Origin: Octopus vulgaris
Taxonomy: Eukaryota
Direction of reading: 5' to 3'
Assembly (NCBI GenBank): GCA_951406725.2
Contig: OX597830.1
Span: forward strand, 46,686,001-46,750,000
Length of the DNA: 64,000 nt
Shown here: in pieces, positions 27,161-41,687 of the stretch
How positions within the stretch are numbered: the stretch's first letter is position 1
Layout of the letters: each line of letters opens with the position of its first letter
Notes under the pieces: model-generated
The model's database searches: none
What the model was told of the DNA's origin: nothing
What the model saw: only the letters and a program-made list of their open reading frames with translations
Position numbers and translations under genes: made by a program

Positions 27161-27498
27161 CGACCAAGTTGTCAAAGTTATACACTGGAAACTGTGCTAG
27201 AAATGGGGATTTGAAGCTGGAAACACAATCAGCGAGTCGAAAGAGTCCTGGAGTCGGAGAAATGTAAGATTTTGTGGGACCTTCCTATTCAAACGGACAA
27301 GAAGTTAGAAAACGATAGGACAAAACAATTATAGATAAGGAAAGCGAAGTTGTTTACTTATCGACCCATGAGACCCTTTGAATTCCAGAATCGTAAAGAA
27401 AAAGACAAAAAACAACAACAAAAAATACAACCCCTTAAAATTCGAAATAGGGAGAATTTGGAGCATGGGAACGGTAAAGGTTGTACCTGTAATAATTG
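27160..27498 (+). mobile_element. R4/Dong-like retrotransposon fragment (RLE region)
   Basis: DQVVKVIHWKLC*KWG...VLESEKCKILWDLPIQTDKKL...CLLIDP...[13 protein letters not shown]...KVVPVII, starting directly after a TAA array. Confidence 0.75.
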
Positions 27499-27529
27499 TG
27501 TGTGTATGCATGTGTATGTGTGTGTGAGA

Positions 27530-27650
<121 letters not shown>

Positions 27651-28180
27651 AGCGAGAGAGAGGTCATTCCGTGTCAATGCTTCAAGATTAGAGCGACCCC
27701 ATTATCTGGGTGGACTTCACCTTGCTATGGCTGCCGTTGGTTCACTGTAGACAGTTGCTGGAAGTGCATAAACCCAAAGTAATTCTCCGTTCATCCGTGT
27801 CATGCTCCTTACGTAGATATTTGTGTTTCGTGAAGCCAGTAAGAAGACATTGTTATGTCTTTTCTCGGATATTTATCAAGTTGTTTACTTGTAAGTTCGC
27901 CAAAACGCAAAAAAAAGAAAAAAAAAAGAAAGTCTCAAAACAACTCAACCAACAGAATAAACGCATAAAACATTCTAAAATATTCAGTGACGCGTCATTG
28001 AAAGTCAAATTCTCTCTCTCCTTCTACCCCCCTCTCTCTATCTATTTGTTTGTCTGTCTGTCTGTTTGGTTGTGTCGATCCGTCTATCAGTCTGTCTAGG
28101 ATTCTAGGAACATAGGAAGTAGCACTGTATCAGTTTTCCAAAAATATGAAATAAACATAAAAACGGAAATAATGAACAAA

Positions 28181-28341
28181 TCCCGTCACTTAGCGGTTCG
28201 GCAAAAAGAGACCGATAGAATAAGTACTGGGCTTACAAAAGAATAAGTCCCGGGGTCGAGTTGCTCGACTAAAGGTGGTGCTCCAGCATGGCCGCAGTCA
28301 AATGACTGAAACAAGTAAAAGAGTAAAGAGTAAAAAGAGTA
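28181..28341 (+). mobile_element. 5'-truncated SINE family A
   Basis: Matches the 3' half of 10550-10951. Confidence 0.88.
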
Positions 28342-28557
28342 AATCCCGAAATAATTTTACGATTAAACGAGAAGCAGTTAAAGAAAAAAGTCAATTAGAA
28401 TTTTAGAAAAGATAATCAGAAAAAAAAAAAAAGCTGACAAGGAATCAGTCACATTTCGACAATCAAAAACGGAATGTTGCCCAGTATCAACAATATTGTT
28501 AATAAAATCAACATGGTGAAGAATTTCAATGATATTAACAAAAGTTCTTGCAACAAC

Positions 28558-28897
28558 ATTTTTGCAAACATTACAAAGTAAAGCAATATTTTGTTATAGG
28601 CTTGAATTCAGTCAACGAAAGAAGCGTGGCAGAGATATGTCACAAAAGTGAGTGCTTCCTTGCTTGAGAATTTTTGCAAACATTACAAAGTAAAGCAACA
28701 GTTTGTTATAGGCTTGAATTCAGTCAAAGAAAGAAGCGTGGCAGAGATATGTCACAAAAGTGAGTGCTTCCTTGCTTGAGAATTTTTGCAAACATTACAA
28801 AGTAAAGCAACATTTTGTTATAGGCTTGAATTCAGTCAAAGAAAGAAGCGTGGCAGAGATATGTCACAAAAGTGAGTGCTTCCTTGCTTGAGAATTT
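28558..28897 (+). repeat. 112-bp tandem repeat, three near-identical copies
   Basis: Units start ATTTTTGCAAACATTACAAAG at 28558, 28670 and 28782. Confidence 0.95.
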
Positions 28898-28899
28898 AT

Positions 28900-29490
28900 T
28901 CAGGTAAGGGCAAGTGAGAAGGTGACATACTTCCTCGCGAAAGCCGGAGAAGAGGTTTCCATACGCCTTCCAAAATAATAGTTAAATGAAACTATACTCG
29001 ATGTGTTCTCTAGTGATAGGGATTGGGTATATGGAGAAAACGGAAACTAGACAAAAAGAACGTGACTGTGGGAGGACAGATTGGTGATGGACAGAATTTG
29101 AAAAATGACAGAGACTGCAAACGTTAAAGAGAAAGGACTCCACTCCAAAATAAGGAAACCAAGAAGACGTGTAAGTTTCCTGTCACGGCCTGGAACTGTA
29201 CGGAGTTCACAGCCCTTCGAACGGGGAATTGATGGACGTTTTCAACGAATTTCAGAAAAGAAGGAGATAGGCAGATTTAAGTGGAAATGTGAAAAATGAC
29301 AGCAATAGATTGCTAATAAGAACCAACTAAAGTGTTTATGAACAGTTATACTCGTTCCGACACCAAAATTACATGCGAGCACCTTAGAGATTGACCACTT
29401 TGTGTCCGTGTATGCGAATGTACCGAAATGGTTCTCAAGTTTGTGAAGTGTCTTTGTCAAATCCAGCAATCGGATTCTCACACGTATATG
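28900..29490 (+). mobile_element. Decayed LINE apurinic-endonuclease-like fragment
   Basis: Fragmentary IGRF...KNDSNRLL...EIDHFV motifs. Weak. Confidence 0.35.
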
Positions 29491-29740
29491 GGTGAGTTGC
29501 TCTTATTTGCTTTGTGTTCTATTTATGTTATTATATTTGTAAACAGTGTATTTATATATTTTATTATATATTAATTTACTTATTTGCTTAAATATGTAAA
29601 AAATCCCAAACAGTGATAACGCCCTTGTCGCATCTCTTGTTTTCACAAAAATCATGCAACCACGCCACATGTCATTGTTATCCCTTTCTAGCACAGTTGT
29701 ATGTAGGAATCATGGGTTCCAGTGACAAAATAAAAGATTA

Positions 29741-29814
<74 letters not shown>

Positions 29815-30341
29815 GCCTTTGCACAGCTTCTAACGCTGGAGATGTATTACAGTGTCAGCTATTATTATTATAACATTTGCAATAACAATGTTGCAACGGT
29901 ATTGTATTTATATTGCATTATTTGATAAAAAAATCTTTTTGCATAGAAACCGGGAAGGAATTATTTAAGTTCTCGACGAAAAAGCCCAACAAAAAAAATG
30001 CAAAAAGAATAGACAAAAAGCGAAAAATAAAAAGGTAACTTTCATCACGAGTACATATAATTATTTTATCTGAATGCTGCTTAACTTTCTCAATGACGAA
30101 ACGACTCAGTTGTATATAGTGACAAGAACGACTCAGTTGTATATAGTGACAAGATCGCAGCATTAATATTTAAACAAGAACATATTCGGTGTATTTGATT
30201 CGCAAAACTCTTTCAGTGAAATTTTGTATATTGTACCTGTTGTGCTTAACGACTGAATCAGCAGAAATCTTGTATCGATATAAATTTATGTATATTGATA
30301 TGTCTTGATATGAATTTAGAGGTGTGTGTATATATTTGCGC

Positions 30342-30377
<36 letters not shown>

Positions 30378-30936
30378 CAATACATACATACACACACACG
30401 CATATATATATATATGTATACACTTATATATATGTGAATATATTAACATATATTTATACTATATATAAATATATGCATATATATATAGTCTATATATATG
30501 TAAATATATATATACGTGTGTGTGCGTGTGTCTGTGCGTGCGCATGTATATGCGTATGTGTACACGTAAGCTTGTGGGTATGCATATGTATACATGAATG
30601 AATGTAGACATTATGTTACCTGAATATGTTATGCAGATGTGTTTTGTCCAATACTGGGAAAAGTGACCGAAATTAAAGTAGAGATGTAAGGAAACTGGGA
30701 ACCGGAACTCGATTCAAAATAGAAAGAGAATCAAGACCAGAAGAAGAACCATAGTTATGATTATCAAACAAAAAAAAAATTGAGCTTTTTCTTCACTTTT
30801 GATCATAAACTTGAAAAAAAGTTATTTGTAATATATTTATATTTCCTTTCTTCTCGATTATCATCATTATTTTCTATTACAATTGTCATTATTATTAAAT
30901 AAGAGAAATTACAATTAAAATGGTAAAATAATAGAA

Positions 30937-30987
<51 letters not shown>

Positions 30988-32235
30988 GTTATCAGTTAGA
31001 ATGAGATGACCCTTCAAATTTGAAGACAAAGGTGAAATATGTTAGGATCGTCATTAGAATCAATAAAAAACAATGAACTAAATCTCATAATAAAACCAAT
31101 CACATAATCTTCTTTAGACCTGTTACCGAGAGAGAAACATTTCATTATTCCTATCACTGTAATTTTGACGTCCATATTTCCAACAGTTTCCCGCTACCTG
31201 CGAGATTGTTATGGAGATGTGTGTGATGCATTCTACGAAAAACATGTACAAATATGTTTGTGTACTTAAGCTGATTGCTTTGTCGTTTCGGGTGTTTTTT
31301 TTTTGTGTTTTAGTGTTTTAGTTTGTCGTGTAGAATATGTGTCATGTATTGTGTTATTGTGTTGAATAGTGATTATTATTGAGTAATCGTGGATTTGTGC
31401 TGAGCCTTAATTGGTCCCTGGGTAGCATTCTTTCTTCTGGGACTTCCTCATCTATGTGTATATTGACACTTTTTCCCTTCATTTTCTTTCAGATTCTCTG
31501 TAATCCCACCCGCACCTTTTGTAACCTGCTTCTTCAATATTTCGTTATCCGTTGTCTTCGTGACAATAATAAAAAGAAAAGATGATGATTATTATTATTA
31601 GTAATTTTTTGTGTTCGTTTTTTGTTACCGTAAACCGTTTCCACGAAGTAAGAATAAACGCAGGAAGAAAAAAAATCAAAGGATGATGTAATTACATTGA
31701 AACCCAAACTAACGGTCCAAAGTTCGGTTGTACATCAGGAATGGAACTCCTCAACTTATCCCATGTCACAAGGGGACTAGGGTTCCGTTGTATTTGCCAA
31801 AGTGATGTTCATTAAATCGTTGTCGTTGTCTTCAAAATGGTCTTTCTCATAACTTTTCCGTAGTAGGTCATTGTTACTGCGAACTGCAAAAAATAAATAA
31901 ATAAATAAATAAATGAATGGAAATATAATTATACATTTACATAAATATACATAGAAATATAATTCGGATAAAATAAATTCCAAGCAGAAGAATCGATTAA
32001 ATCTCTTGAGAAAGGTGCGGCAATTGGCCGCAGTCTAATGATTGAAAAGTGATAAATAAATAAAGAAATAGACATACATATACACCAAGGGGTGTACATT
32101 ACAACCTTTTATACATACATAACATATATATACGAGGGTGAGTCAAAAAGTCTTGACTTTTTCTTTCTCTCGTTTTGCATATTTATATACATACATACAT
32201 ACATACATACATACACACACATATACAAACACACA

Positions 32236-32273
<38 letters not shown>

Positions 32274-32392
32274 TACACATATATATATATATATATACAT
32301 ATACATATTTTGTATCTCATACTCAAACTATTATATTTAATATATTTACTGTCTAATTTGTTCATCCGCATAATTGTCTCTCTCTCTCTCTT

Positions 32393-32468
<76 letters not shown>

Positions 32469-35400
32469 AATATGCTTGATTCATATAGAAAATTTTTAAA
32501 TGACAGTAACTTCGAATTAGGCCAAAAGAAACAGCACAAATCTTACACTAAGTTTGGTATACAACAAAACATAAAGTAAGCCGTCAGATAATCTGGAATT
32601 CTTGTATAAGAAGTTAATTTCGAAATCACTGAAAACCAGTTGTGCAAAAATTAATTCCAGTTAAAAAATCTTAAAGAATCTTAACTGTAGAGAAATGGTT
32701 CAGGAAGAATTTGTGACTAGCAAATTTCTTCCAGAAATAAATGATGATATTAATAACTAGATGAAAAAGAATTGGATCTAGGTTTAACGAGGTCCATTAA
32801 TAGCGTAAAAGATGGAGTTTTATTATGGTTATTATTGAACGGTTTCTCTGAAAAAAATGTTACAAATTGTAAATCAGTAATAAAGCAATGGTCGTTAGTG
32901 CTAATATACTATAGCTATATAATAATGAATGATATGTTGGAGGCTTTAAAAATATTCCTGTGCAGGAAAAATGAAATAAGAATGCAATAATGTGACGGGT
33001 TATCAAAATAATGGATGAACGTGTGCGCATGTATTGAACAAGTTATTAACTATTTGGAAATATAAAATTTTGAAAGTATTCTAAAATTCTAGGGATCCTA
33101 TGCTTGTAAGGAGAGACAAATTCTGAGCGTTGCTTATGAACTTAGAGTTTTAAAAGGACAAAACTAACACAAATTCTTATTGTTTGTATAAGGTGTGCGA
33201 ATGATAGCATTTCGCCTGTTTATACGAAAGTGTCGGTTGGTCATCGAATTCCTGCTTTATTTTGGGAAGGAGTCTTTATGTCTACATATTTATACATACA
33301 TTTTCGACGAAACATATTTTGTAAAATATTCTATTTGAACTGTTGTTTTCCCTGCATTACAGTGAATCCCAAGCGAACCTTTTTTTACTTACTTACGGCT
33401 TGTCAAATTACACAGCTTGATGTCAATCCCAGTGTTATAAAGAAAATAAAATTTCAACCATCTCAGAAATTATTATTGATACAGCAATGCAAAGAATATA
33501 ATTTTCAAACTTTCTTCTTTTAGTATTGATTTCAGGTCTATTCGTTCTTTTAATCGAAATAATAAAAGTAATTGTAATTCACGTATACATTTCTCGGTAT
33601 ATATTTTAACGTTTTAAAAATTATTTGTATATAACATGTCAGAATATAATATGATTTGACATAAAACGAAAGATTTAACGTGACGAAAAAAAAATGTTCT
33701 GTTCTTTAATTGTAGAAATCTTTCCACATTTTCTATCTAAAGAGACATTATAACTTTTGTGTCTAAAATAAAAGGAAAAAATCTAAAAAGACTGATTGTC
33801 GTTGGTTTTATTCTTGCATTTCGTATAGAATACCTTTCTAGTTATGATACAGAATAAAGATTGAATATACACATTGTTACCAATATACATTTCCATTATA
33901 TTGTAGATGTTATTGAAATTTAATATCTCTTATAACACAAATTATGTAAATTGCTTTTTAAAAAAAACTGCTATGCAAAAAGATATTAAAAAGACATTAA
34001 GTTAAAACTGCTAAACATCAACGTAGTCATTTCTGAGTCTTCTTCAATAATAACTGTTAGTAAAGAACTATGGTTTTGAGATTCAGGGATTTTATCTAAG
34101 TTTGTGGATCGCAAGAATATTTTCATATGACGTATATTAAACACCCTTTTTTGATATCCATCTTCATCCCATATACGGTCTTATCTTATTTTGTCTTTCC
34201 CTTTTTAAGCACATATCGAATGTAGTTTCACTTTGGTCATTTCTATTGGATATTCTGTTATCTTTTACTGACAATGCTCCTTCAAACATCACAAGTATTT
34301 GTTCCATTTTTGGTTCCTTTAACATATTTATGTATGACTAAACACATTTTTTCTTCCTCTGTTCACATCTCCCCAACTCAGTTTTTCCACTAAAAAATAC
34401 CCTCCTCCCCACCACCACAACAAAAAAATTCTCATTTAATAATTTCAGTCAATCTTCCCTCTTTTCTGAACGAAACTTTCTCAAGTCTGTTCTTCACTCA
34501 CGTCTTTTTCACTTGCATAACTCTAGAGAAACCCCAAGCCTGAATCAACCACACCAATCTCATCTGGGGCCTGCAAACGTTATGAGCACAACCCACTTCC
34601 TTCGAAAAAATACATGCAAGGACTTATTTTATTTTCGAAGATATTTTAGTTATGGATAAGAAGCTGCATGTTATATTACAATGGTGAAACTGCCGCAGTG
34701 GCAACGCATATTTGTAGGAACTGACATAGCTTTAATAAGTGTTTCTGATTTAAGTAGAAGACAATTTGGATGGGGAAAGGACTGGGCAACCTGACCCCTG
34801 CACTTAATTTTATCTCTCCTGCAGGAAAGGAAAGTTGAACTTAGAATGTAAAGAGTAGGAATAAATACTGCAGGGCACTAATGTGCTGGAGGGCAGAGGG
34901 GAGAAAAGGAAAGAGGGGTAAGGAGGTGAAAGAGAGAGGAAGAGAAAAGAGAGAAGAAAGAGAAAAAGAAAGAGACGTTGCACAAAAAAAAAAATCCTGC
35001 CATTTAGGGTGACAAAGGGGAGATAAGTGCGTGGCGTTTCATAGGATGATAGGTTTCGAAAATTAAACAGAAGCATGACGAAGAGCGACAGGCGCACACA
35101 CACACACACACACACAAACACAAACACACACACACGCGTATGCATGTATGTAAATGCATATGAGTGTATATATATATATATATCTGTCTGTCTGTCCCTG
35201 TGCCTGTGGCTCTGATTACTCCGGTTAAAACTGACGATGTGTTCATGTGTAACTTTATCTCTCGCAAATTAGCTGTTCAGTAATTCGAGATGGTTAAAAC
35301 AGATACCAGACTGGAATCAACTCTTGCTGGGGTGGTCGGCAATCACTAAACTTCTGACGGTGCTGCTGCCCAGGGGTCATCCGATAAACTAATAAAAACA

Positions 35401-35747
35401 CAAACACACACAACACACAACTTTCCAATTTCCTTCTTTTCCTTCTTTTATAAAATCTCTTTGTTCTGTATTTTCGCAACACTCTCTTCTCAAAACCCTT
35501 CTTCTTATCCTTTCCTATTCTTTATCCTTCTCTTCCTCGTCTTCTTTCACTATTCTCTTTCTCCCTCTTTCATATAATCTTCCCTCTTCACCACTCTCTC
35601 CCCGCCAATCCTCCATTTCTGTTTTCTTTTGGATTTCTCCATTTTCTGTTCTAATTCCTCGATTTCTTCTTGTTTCTTAGTTTTGCTATTCTTACTGTTG
35701 AAATCCTCGTCGTCGTTGTTGTTCTTACTCACCTCCACCACCGCCAC

Positions 35748-35850
35748 TTTCTTCTTCTTCTTCTTCTTCTTCTTCTTCTTCTTCTTCTTCTTCTTCTTCT
35801 TCTTCTTCTTCTTCTTCTTCTTCTTCTTCTCCTCCTCCTCCTCCTCCTCC
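35748..35850. repeat. (CTT)n(CCT)n polypyrimidine microsatellite
   Basis: Read directly. Confidence 0.95.
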
Positions 35851-36053
35851 TCCCCTCCGCTTCCCTTTCAGCCTCCACCTCCTTCAAACCTTTCTCTTCC
35901 CATTTGGTAATGACCTTTTCAGCCTGACATTTCAATACTGAATTTAAAATCTCAAATTTTCTCTTTCCGTGAAATTCAATATGGCTTTTAAATTACTTCA
36001 ACGTCGAATCTTTATATACAGTTGCTCCTTTCCTCCTCACCATATCACTGTTT

Positions 36054-36054
<1 letters not shown>

Positions 36055-36129
<75 letters not shown>

Positions 36130-36376
36130 CCTACCTCTCTCTCTCTACCTACATGCCTACCTACCTACCTACCTACCTACCTACCTACCTACCTCTCTCT
36201 CTCAATCTACCTACCTACCTACCTCTCTCTCTCAATCTACCTACCTACCTACCTACCTACCTACCTACCTACCTCTCTCTCTCTCAATCTATCTACCTAC
36301 CTACCTAACTACCTACCTACCTACCTACCTACCTACCTACCTACCTACCTACCTACCTACCTACCTACCTACCTAC

Positions 36377-36421
<45 letters not shown>

Positions 36422-36425
36422 CATC
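36055..36425. repeat. Compound (CTAT)n/(CTAC)n/(CT)n microsatellite
   Basis: Read directly. Confidence 0.95.
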
Positions 36426-37178
36426 TATTTTCTCCCCCTTTTTATCTATTTCTATTTTTCTCTATGTATTCATTGTGAATTCGTGCATCGACAGGTCTGC
36501 CTCGCTGCCCGCCTGTCTGTCTGCCTTTCGCTTACAACTTTTCTTTCTACTTTTATATTCTTCTTGACTCTTTTTTCCATGTACGTATGTGTATGTATCT
36601 CTCTCTCTTTATCTGCCTATCTATCTAATTGCATAACTCTCTCCCTCCCTCCCTCTCTCTCTCTCTTTAATGAAAAACAGAAAACGCATACACCGTAAAG
36701 TCACCTCATTAAGCACCTGGAAATAGTCTGTTACAAGAGTTTGGTCATTCCGTAAATAACAAACCGAATGGATGGAATACATGCAGCCTCATTACTAGAA
36801 TTCCGAGCGGAAGAGACTAGATACAAAGTTTCTGGCGATTCGAGTGTTTGTCACACTTCCACATTCCTATTCGTTATCCCGCTTCCTGTCTGCTGTCCAT
36901 ATAATGCTGAAGTAGGAAGTGGCCGTTGCAGTACCGGACTGCAAACTCACGGTTTATAAGTTCAAATCTTATCAGCTCCTTACGTTGGAAACATCTTGGT
37001 CCGTTGTTTCAGTTTATTTAGTGGTCATAGAATAGGCACCAGATCGATTTGGTTGATCCTTAGACCAAAGTTCGCCACTTGTTTTAGTTTGCCTTGCCAT
37101 TAAATCCAACATTCTACTTCTGTGGTGACTTTATATAACATCTTTTCCACGTTAAACTCACCAAGACAAAATTTTTAG

Positions 37179-37555
37179 GAGCACTCCGTCGGTTACGACG
37201 ATGAGGGTCCTAGCTGATCCGATCAACGGAACAGCTTGCTCGTGGAATTAACGTGCAAGTGGCTGAGCATTCCACAGACACGTGTACCCTTAACGTAGTT
37301 CTCGAGGAGATTCAGCGTGACTCAGAGTGTGACAAGGCTGGCCCTTTGAAATACAGGTACAACAGAAACAGGAAGAATGAGTGAGAGAAAGTTGTGGTGA
37401 AAGAGTACAGCAGGGTTCACCCACCACCCTGCAGGAGCCTTGTGAAGCTTTAGGTATTTTCGCTCAATAAACACTCACAATGCCCGGTCTGGGAATCGAA
37501 ACCGCGATCCTAAGACCGCGAGTCCGCTGCCCTAACCACTGGGCCATTGCGCCTC
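37179..37555 (-). mobile_element. SINE family C
   Basis: Collinear with 12291-12671. Confidence 0.9.
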
Positions 37556-38029
37556 TACAAACCACCAAGCAAAAAGGCCCACGAGGAAAGGAAACATTTT
37601 TTATGACTCAGAGAATAGAGGAGAAAATTATATTATTGCAGTTTCTCTGAGATTTATGAAAGAAAGACAAGATCAAATGTCAGACATCTTGTCCAAAGTG
37701 CTTCTAACAGAGAGTCCTCTGCTGTAGACATTTAAAGCACCGCTCATATATTACTCTCCCTTCATAAAATTAATTTTACCATTCTGTTAATTCCTCACAG
37801 AGTAACTCGAACGTCATACTATCTTCTCTACATGTTATGTAGATCAAGATCAATTATTTAATTGACGAACTGTTTCGAAGCTCAGAGAAAACTGCCGTGT
37901 TTCAATCGTTCTGAAACTCCATTAGCTAAACGCCCATTCTACACTTCATCTCATAAATACTTTATACATTTTAAAAAGAATACAGGTGAAAATAAATATT
38001 GTCTAAGTGTCTTTGACTATTTTGATTTT

Positions 38030-38760
38030 CTCTTTTACTTAGACTGCGGCCATGCTGGGGCACCGCCTTGAAGAACTTTAGGCGAATCCACCCTGTTTTC
38101 ATTAATTTTTTTAAAGCCTGGTACTTATTCGCTCGGACTTTTTTGTACCGAACCGCGAACTTACAAGGACGTCAACACACCAACACCGTTTGTCAAGCGG
38201 AGGTGGGGGACAAACACAGACACAAAGACACACACATATTTACCCCTCCACGCGCGCACGCACGTACCCCTCCCCACTATTTGATGGGTTTCTTTCAGTT
38301 TCCGTCGACTAAATATTATCACAAGGCTTTGGTCGGCCCAAAGCTATAACAGAAGACACTCGTGAAAGGTGCCTCGATGTGGGATTGAACCTAGGACGAT
38401 GTGGCTTGGCAGTAAACTCCTTACCTCATAGCCATACGAAAAAAGAAATAGAATAATTTTCTTTGACAAAATATCAAAAAAAAAAGTGGGGTCGATAATT
38501 GCACAAGAAAGTATTCTTCACTCTGAACAGAGCACCGCCATATTGGATGTATGATGTGTGAACATTATATTTTTTGACTTGTTTCAGTCACTGGACTGCG
38601 GTCATGCTAGAGCACCGCCTCGAAGGGTTTAGTGGGACAAATCGACCCAAATATTCACAAGGCATTGGTAGACCCACGGCTGTAATAGAAGAGTAGTGGG
38701 ACTGAACCTGGAATTACGTCGTTACGAAATGCCTTTAACCACACAGATATGTCTGCACCT
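38030..38760 (-). mobile_element. Two diverged SINE family A copies (38030-38435 and 38575-38760)
   Basis: GACTGCGGCCATGCTGGGGCACCGCC and CACAAGGCTTTGGTCGGCCC matches. Confidence 0.8.
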
Positions 38761-39774
38761 ATTCACTATGCATTGTTTGCCAGTAACAGTAAAGAATAAA
38801 GCGATCGGTTAGTTTTGCTTCATTTTGTTATTTTCTTCTAAATCTTAGGAGTCGGGCACAATATTTTCATTCTTGTTTTTGCAAGTGTCTCTCCTTTGAA
38901 AAGAAACAACCGCGTTCTTAGCTGTCCCGTACAGTGACCTTTGTTTAATATTCCCAACGTGTCTAGTTTGTTTCTCGCGAAGAATACTAAATAGGAAGTC
39001 ACTGCTGGGTTTTAAAGATATAAAAATAGAATCTCGAAGTGCGACTGTTTGGTTTGCAAAATCGATTTGTCTACAGATTTTTTTAACGTCACTTCCTGTT
39101 TATTGCGCGAAGACGAAACCTTTTATTTCGAGCATTATACTGAATGTGAATATGCCTACTCTAGTATACACACGGTATGCTTCTATATATTATTGTTACA
39201 ATATTTGGTGTGTATCTGTGCTATGTAGACTGTTCTATATGTGTATATACAAATACAAAAGCGAAATCACATTTATGCTCATATATATATGTATACAAAT
39301 TTTTAACGCATAAACGTTCATATATGCTTGTACAAAAACACACATTCTCACAAATGTTTGTAACAAATATCAGTATATACTATTAAAATTTACATTACTT
39401 CAGATTTAAGTAATAATCTTTAAAGATTAAAATAATAAAATGAATTAAAAAAAAAACAAACTAAAGAATAAAAAGAACGCCACTTTGGTTTATAGAATAA
39501 ATGGAAAAACTATATTTTCGTTTTATGTATCATATTTATATTTTACGCCATGAAAATGAAACGAAAAAACTTCTATGGTCTGTATTATAGATAATCGTCT
39601 TTCGCGATTATTTTATGAACTATCGGCTTTGTCATTTTGGAATCACTTCTGTGCGTCATTTTTTTTTCAACTCTCACAACTGGAATAGTAAAATCAATAT
39701 TGTAAGGGTTTGAATATGTCTGGATAACAAATATGAAAAAAAAAATATTAACTTTTATATCTGATTCAATTCAG

Positions 39775-39823
<49 letters not shown>

Positions 39824-39946
39824 CGTGTGTGTGTATGTGTATGTGTATACACATTCTCGCGAATGTATGGATACGTACCTATATATATGTTTGCGTGTAT
39901 ATACGTATTTACATATATGCATATTCGTCTGTGCGTGTATATATAC

Positions 39947-40063
<117 letters not shown>

Positions 40064-40585
40064 ATATATGTCTGTGTATATGTATATTCATATACAGGCA
40101 TAGAAACACCTACTTATCTATCTATCGACTCACACAAACACATGCACACACATACATACATAGATACATACACATACACATACTTACATACATACACACA
40201 CACACGTACACACACTCACACACACACATTTTTGTAAAAGACAGTTAAAATGTGAAGTAGAAGCCGCTTTTGGCCATTGTGGGACGAAACCTTTTCGCTA
40301 GCAATAACCAGCTGATAACATTAAATAAACAATTTGGGATTTAGTGATTTTGATAACAATAAATGCTTGATAATATTAATATTGTAAGTTACGTCCACAG
40401 TATGTGGATAAATTTCTTTCGACTTTCAATTCGAAAGATTAAAATCAACGTACTATAGAAGCAACAAACAGTTGGTATACATATATATATATAGAAATAT
40501 GTTCCGTTGTTGAGGTTTAAATCAAACATCATTTAGAAATAGGAACCTACTGGAACCACTCCAGACGCTCTACCTTATTCTAATA

Positions 40586-41000
40586 GGCACAGGAGTGGGC
40601 TGTGTGGTAAGTAGCTTGTTTACCAGCCACATGGTTCCGGGTTCAGTCCCACTGTGTGGCACCTTGGGCAAGTGTCTTCTGCTATAGCCTCTGGCCGACC
40701 AAAGCCTTGTGAGTGGATTTGGTAGACGGAAACTGAAAGAAGCCCGTCGTATATATGTATATATATATATATATGTATGTATGTGTGTGTGTTTGTGTGT
40801 CTGTGTTTGTCCCCCTAGCATTGCTTGACAAACGATGCTGGTGTGTTTATGTCCCCGTCACTTAGCGGTTCGGCAAAACAGACCGATAGAATAAGTACTA
40901 GGCTTACAAAGAATAAGTCCCGGGGTCGATTTGCTCGACTAAAGGCGGTGCTCCAGCATGGCCGCAGTCAAATGACTGAAACAAGTAAAAGAGTAAAAGG
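40586..41000 (+). mobile_element. SINE family A, full length
   Basis: Near-identical to 10550-10951. Confidence 0.92.
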
Positions 41001-41298
41001 GTAGTATGGTGGATTTGCCATTAAATGTTTACTGCAAACCAAGAAATTGATATTAACTAAAATGTCGAGACTTCAAAACATATTAAAAAAAATTGTAAGA
41101 ATAGTTATAACAGACGACAATATCAGTTTTATTACTGGTTTAGCTTTTTAATGTTTAACCGTATTGATAGATTATATGAGAGAGATAAGTAGGCATTTAA
41201 ACATACAGTCAGACGTAGAAAGATATACAGATCGATAGATCAATTGAGCCCAAGTAAATAGGTCTTGTTGCTTCAGTACACCAACGCATTACAACAGC

Positions 41299-41331
<33 letters not shown>

Positions 41332-41333
<2 letters not shown>

Positions 41334-41613
41334 AGGTGCAATGGCCGAGTGGTTAGGACTCGCGGTTTCGATTCCCAGACCGGGCGTTGTGTGTGTTTAT
41401 TGAGCGAAAACACCTGAAGCTCCACGAGGCTCCGGCAGGGGTTAGTGACGGTTCCTGCTGTACTCTTTCGCCACAAACTTTCTCTCACACTTTCTTCTGT
41501 TGGCCTGCTCGCTTAGCCAGCGGGGTGGCGTCATTTGAAGGCTAAAACAATGCAAGCGCATTGTGACCAGCGATGTGTAGCAACATCTGATAGTCTGGTC
41601 GGTCACGGTCACG

Positions 41614-41617
<4 letters not shown>
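41332..41617 (+). mobile_element. SINE with family C head and body but a different 3' tail
   Basis: Matches family C up to CACAAACTTTCTCTCAC, then unrelated sequence ending in (GGTCAC)n. Inserted in (TA)n. Confidence 0.8.

Positions 41618-41687
<70 letters not shown>

Noticed and set aside
28558-28897. Possible CRISPR-like array
   Set aside because: Contiguous tandem units with no unique spacers, in a eukaryotic context.
35320-35380. Possible pre-miRNA (CAATCACTAA resembles a miR-34 star arm)
   Set aside because: No UGGCAGUG mature arm and only weak pairing.
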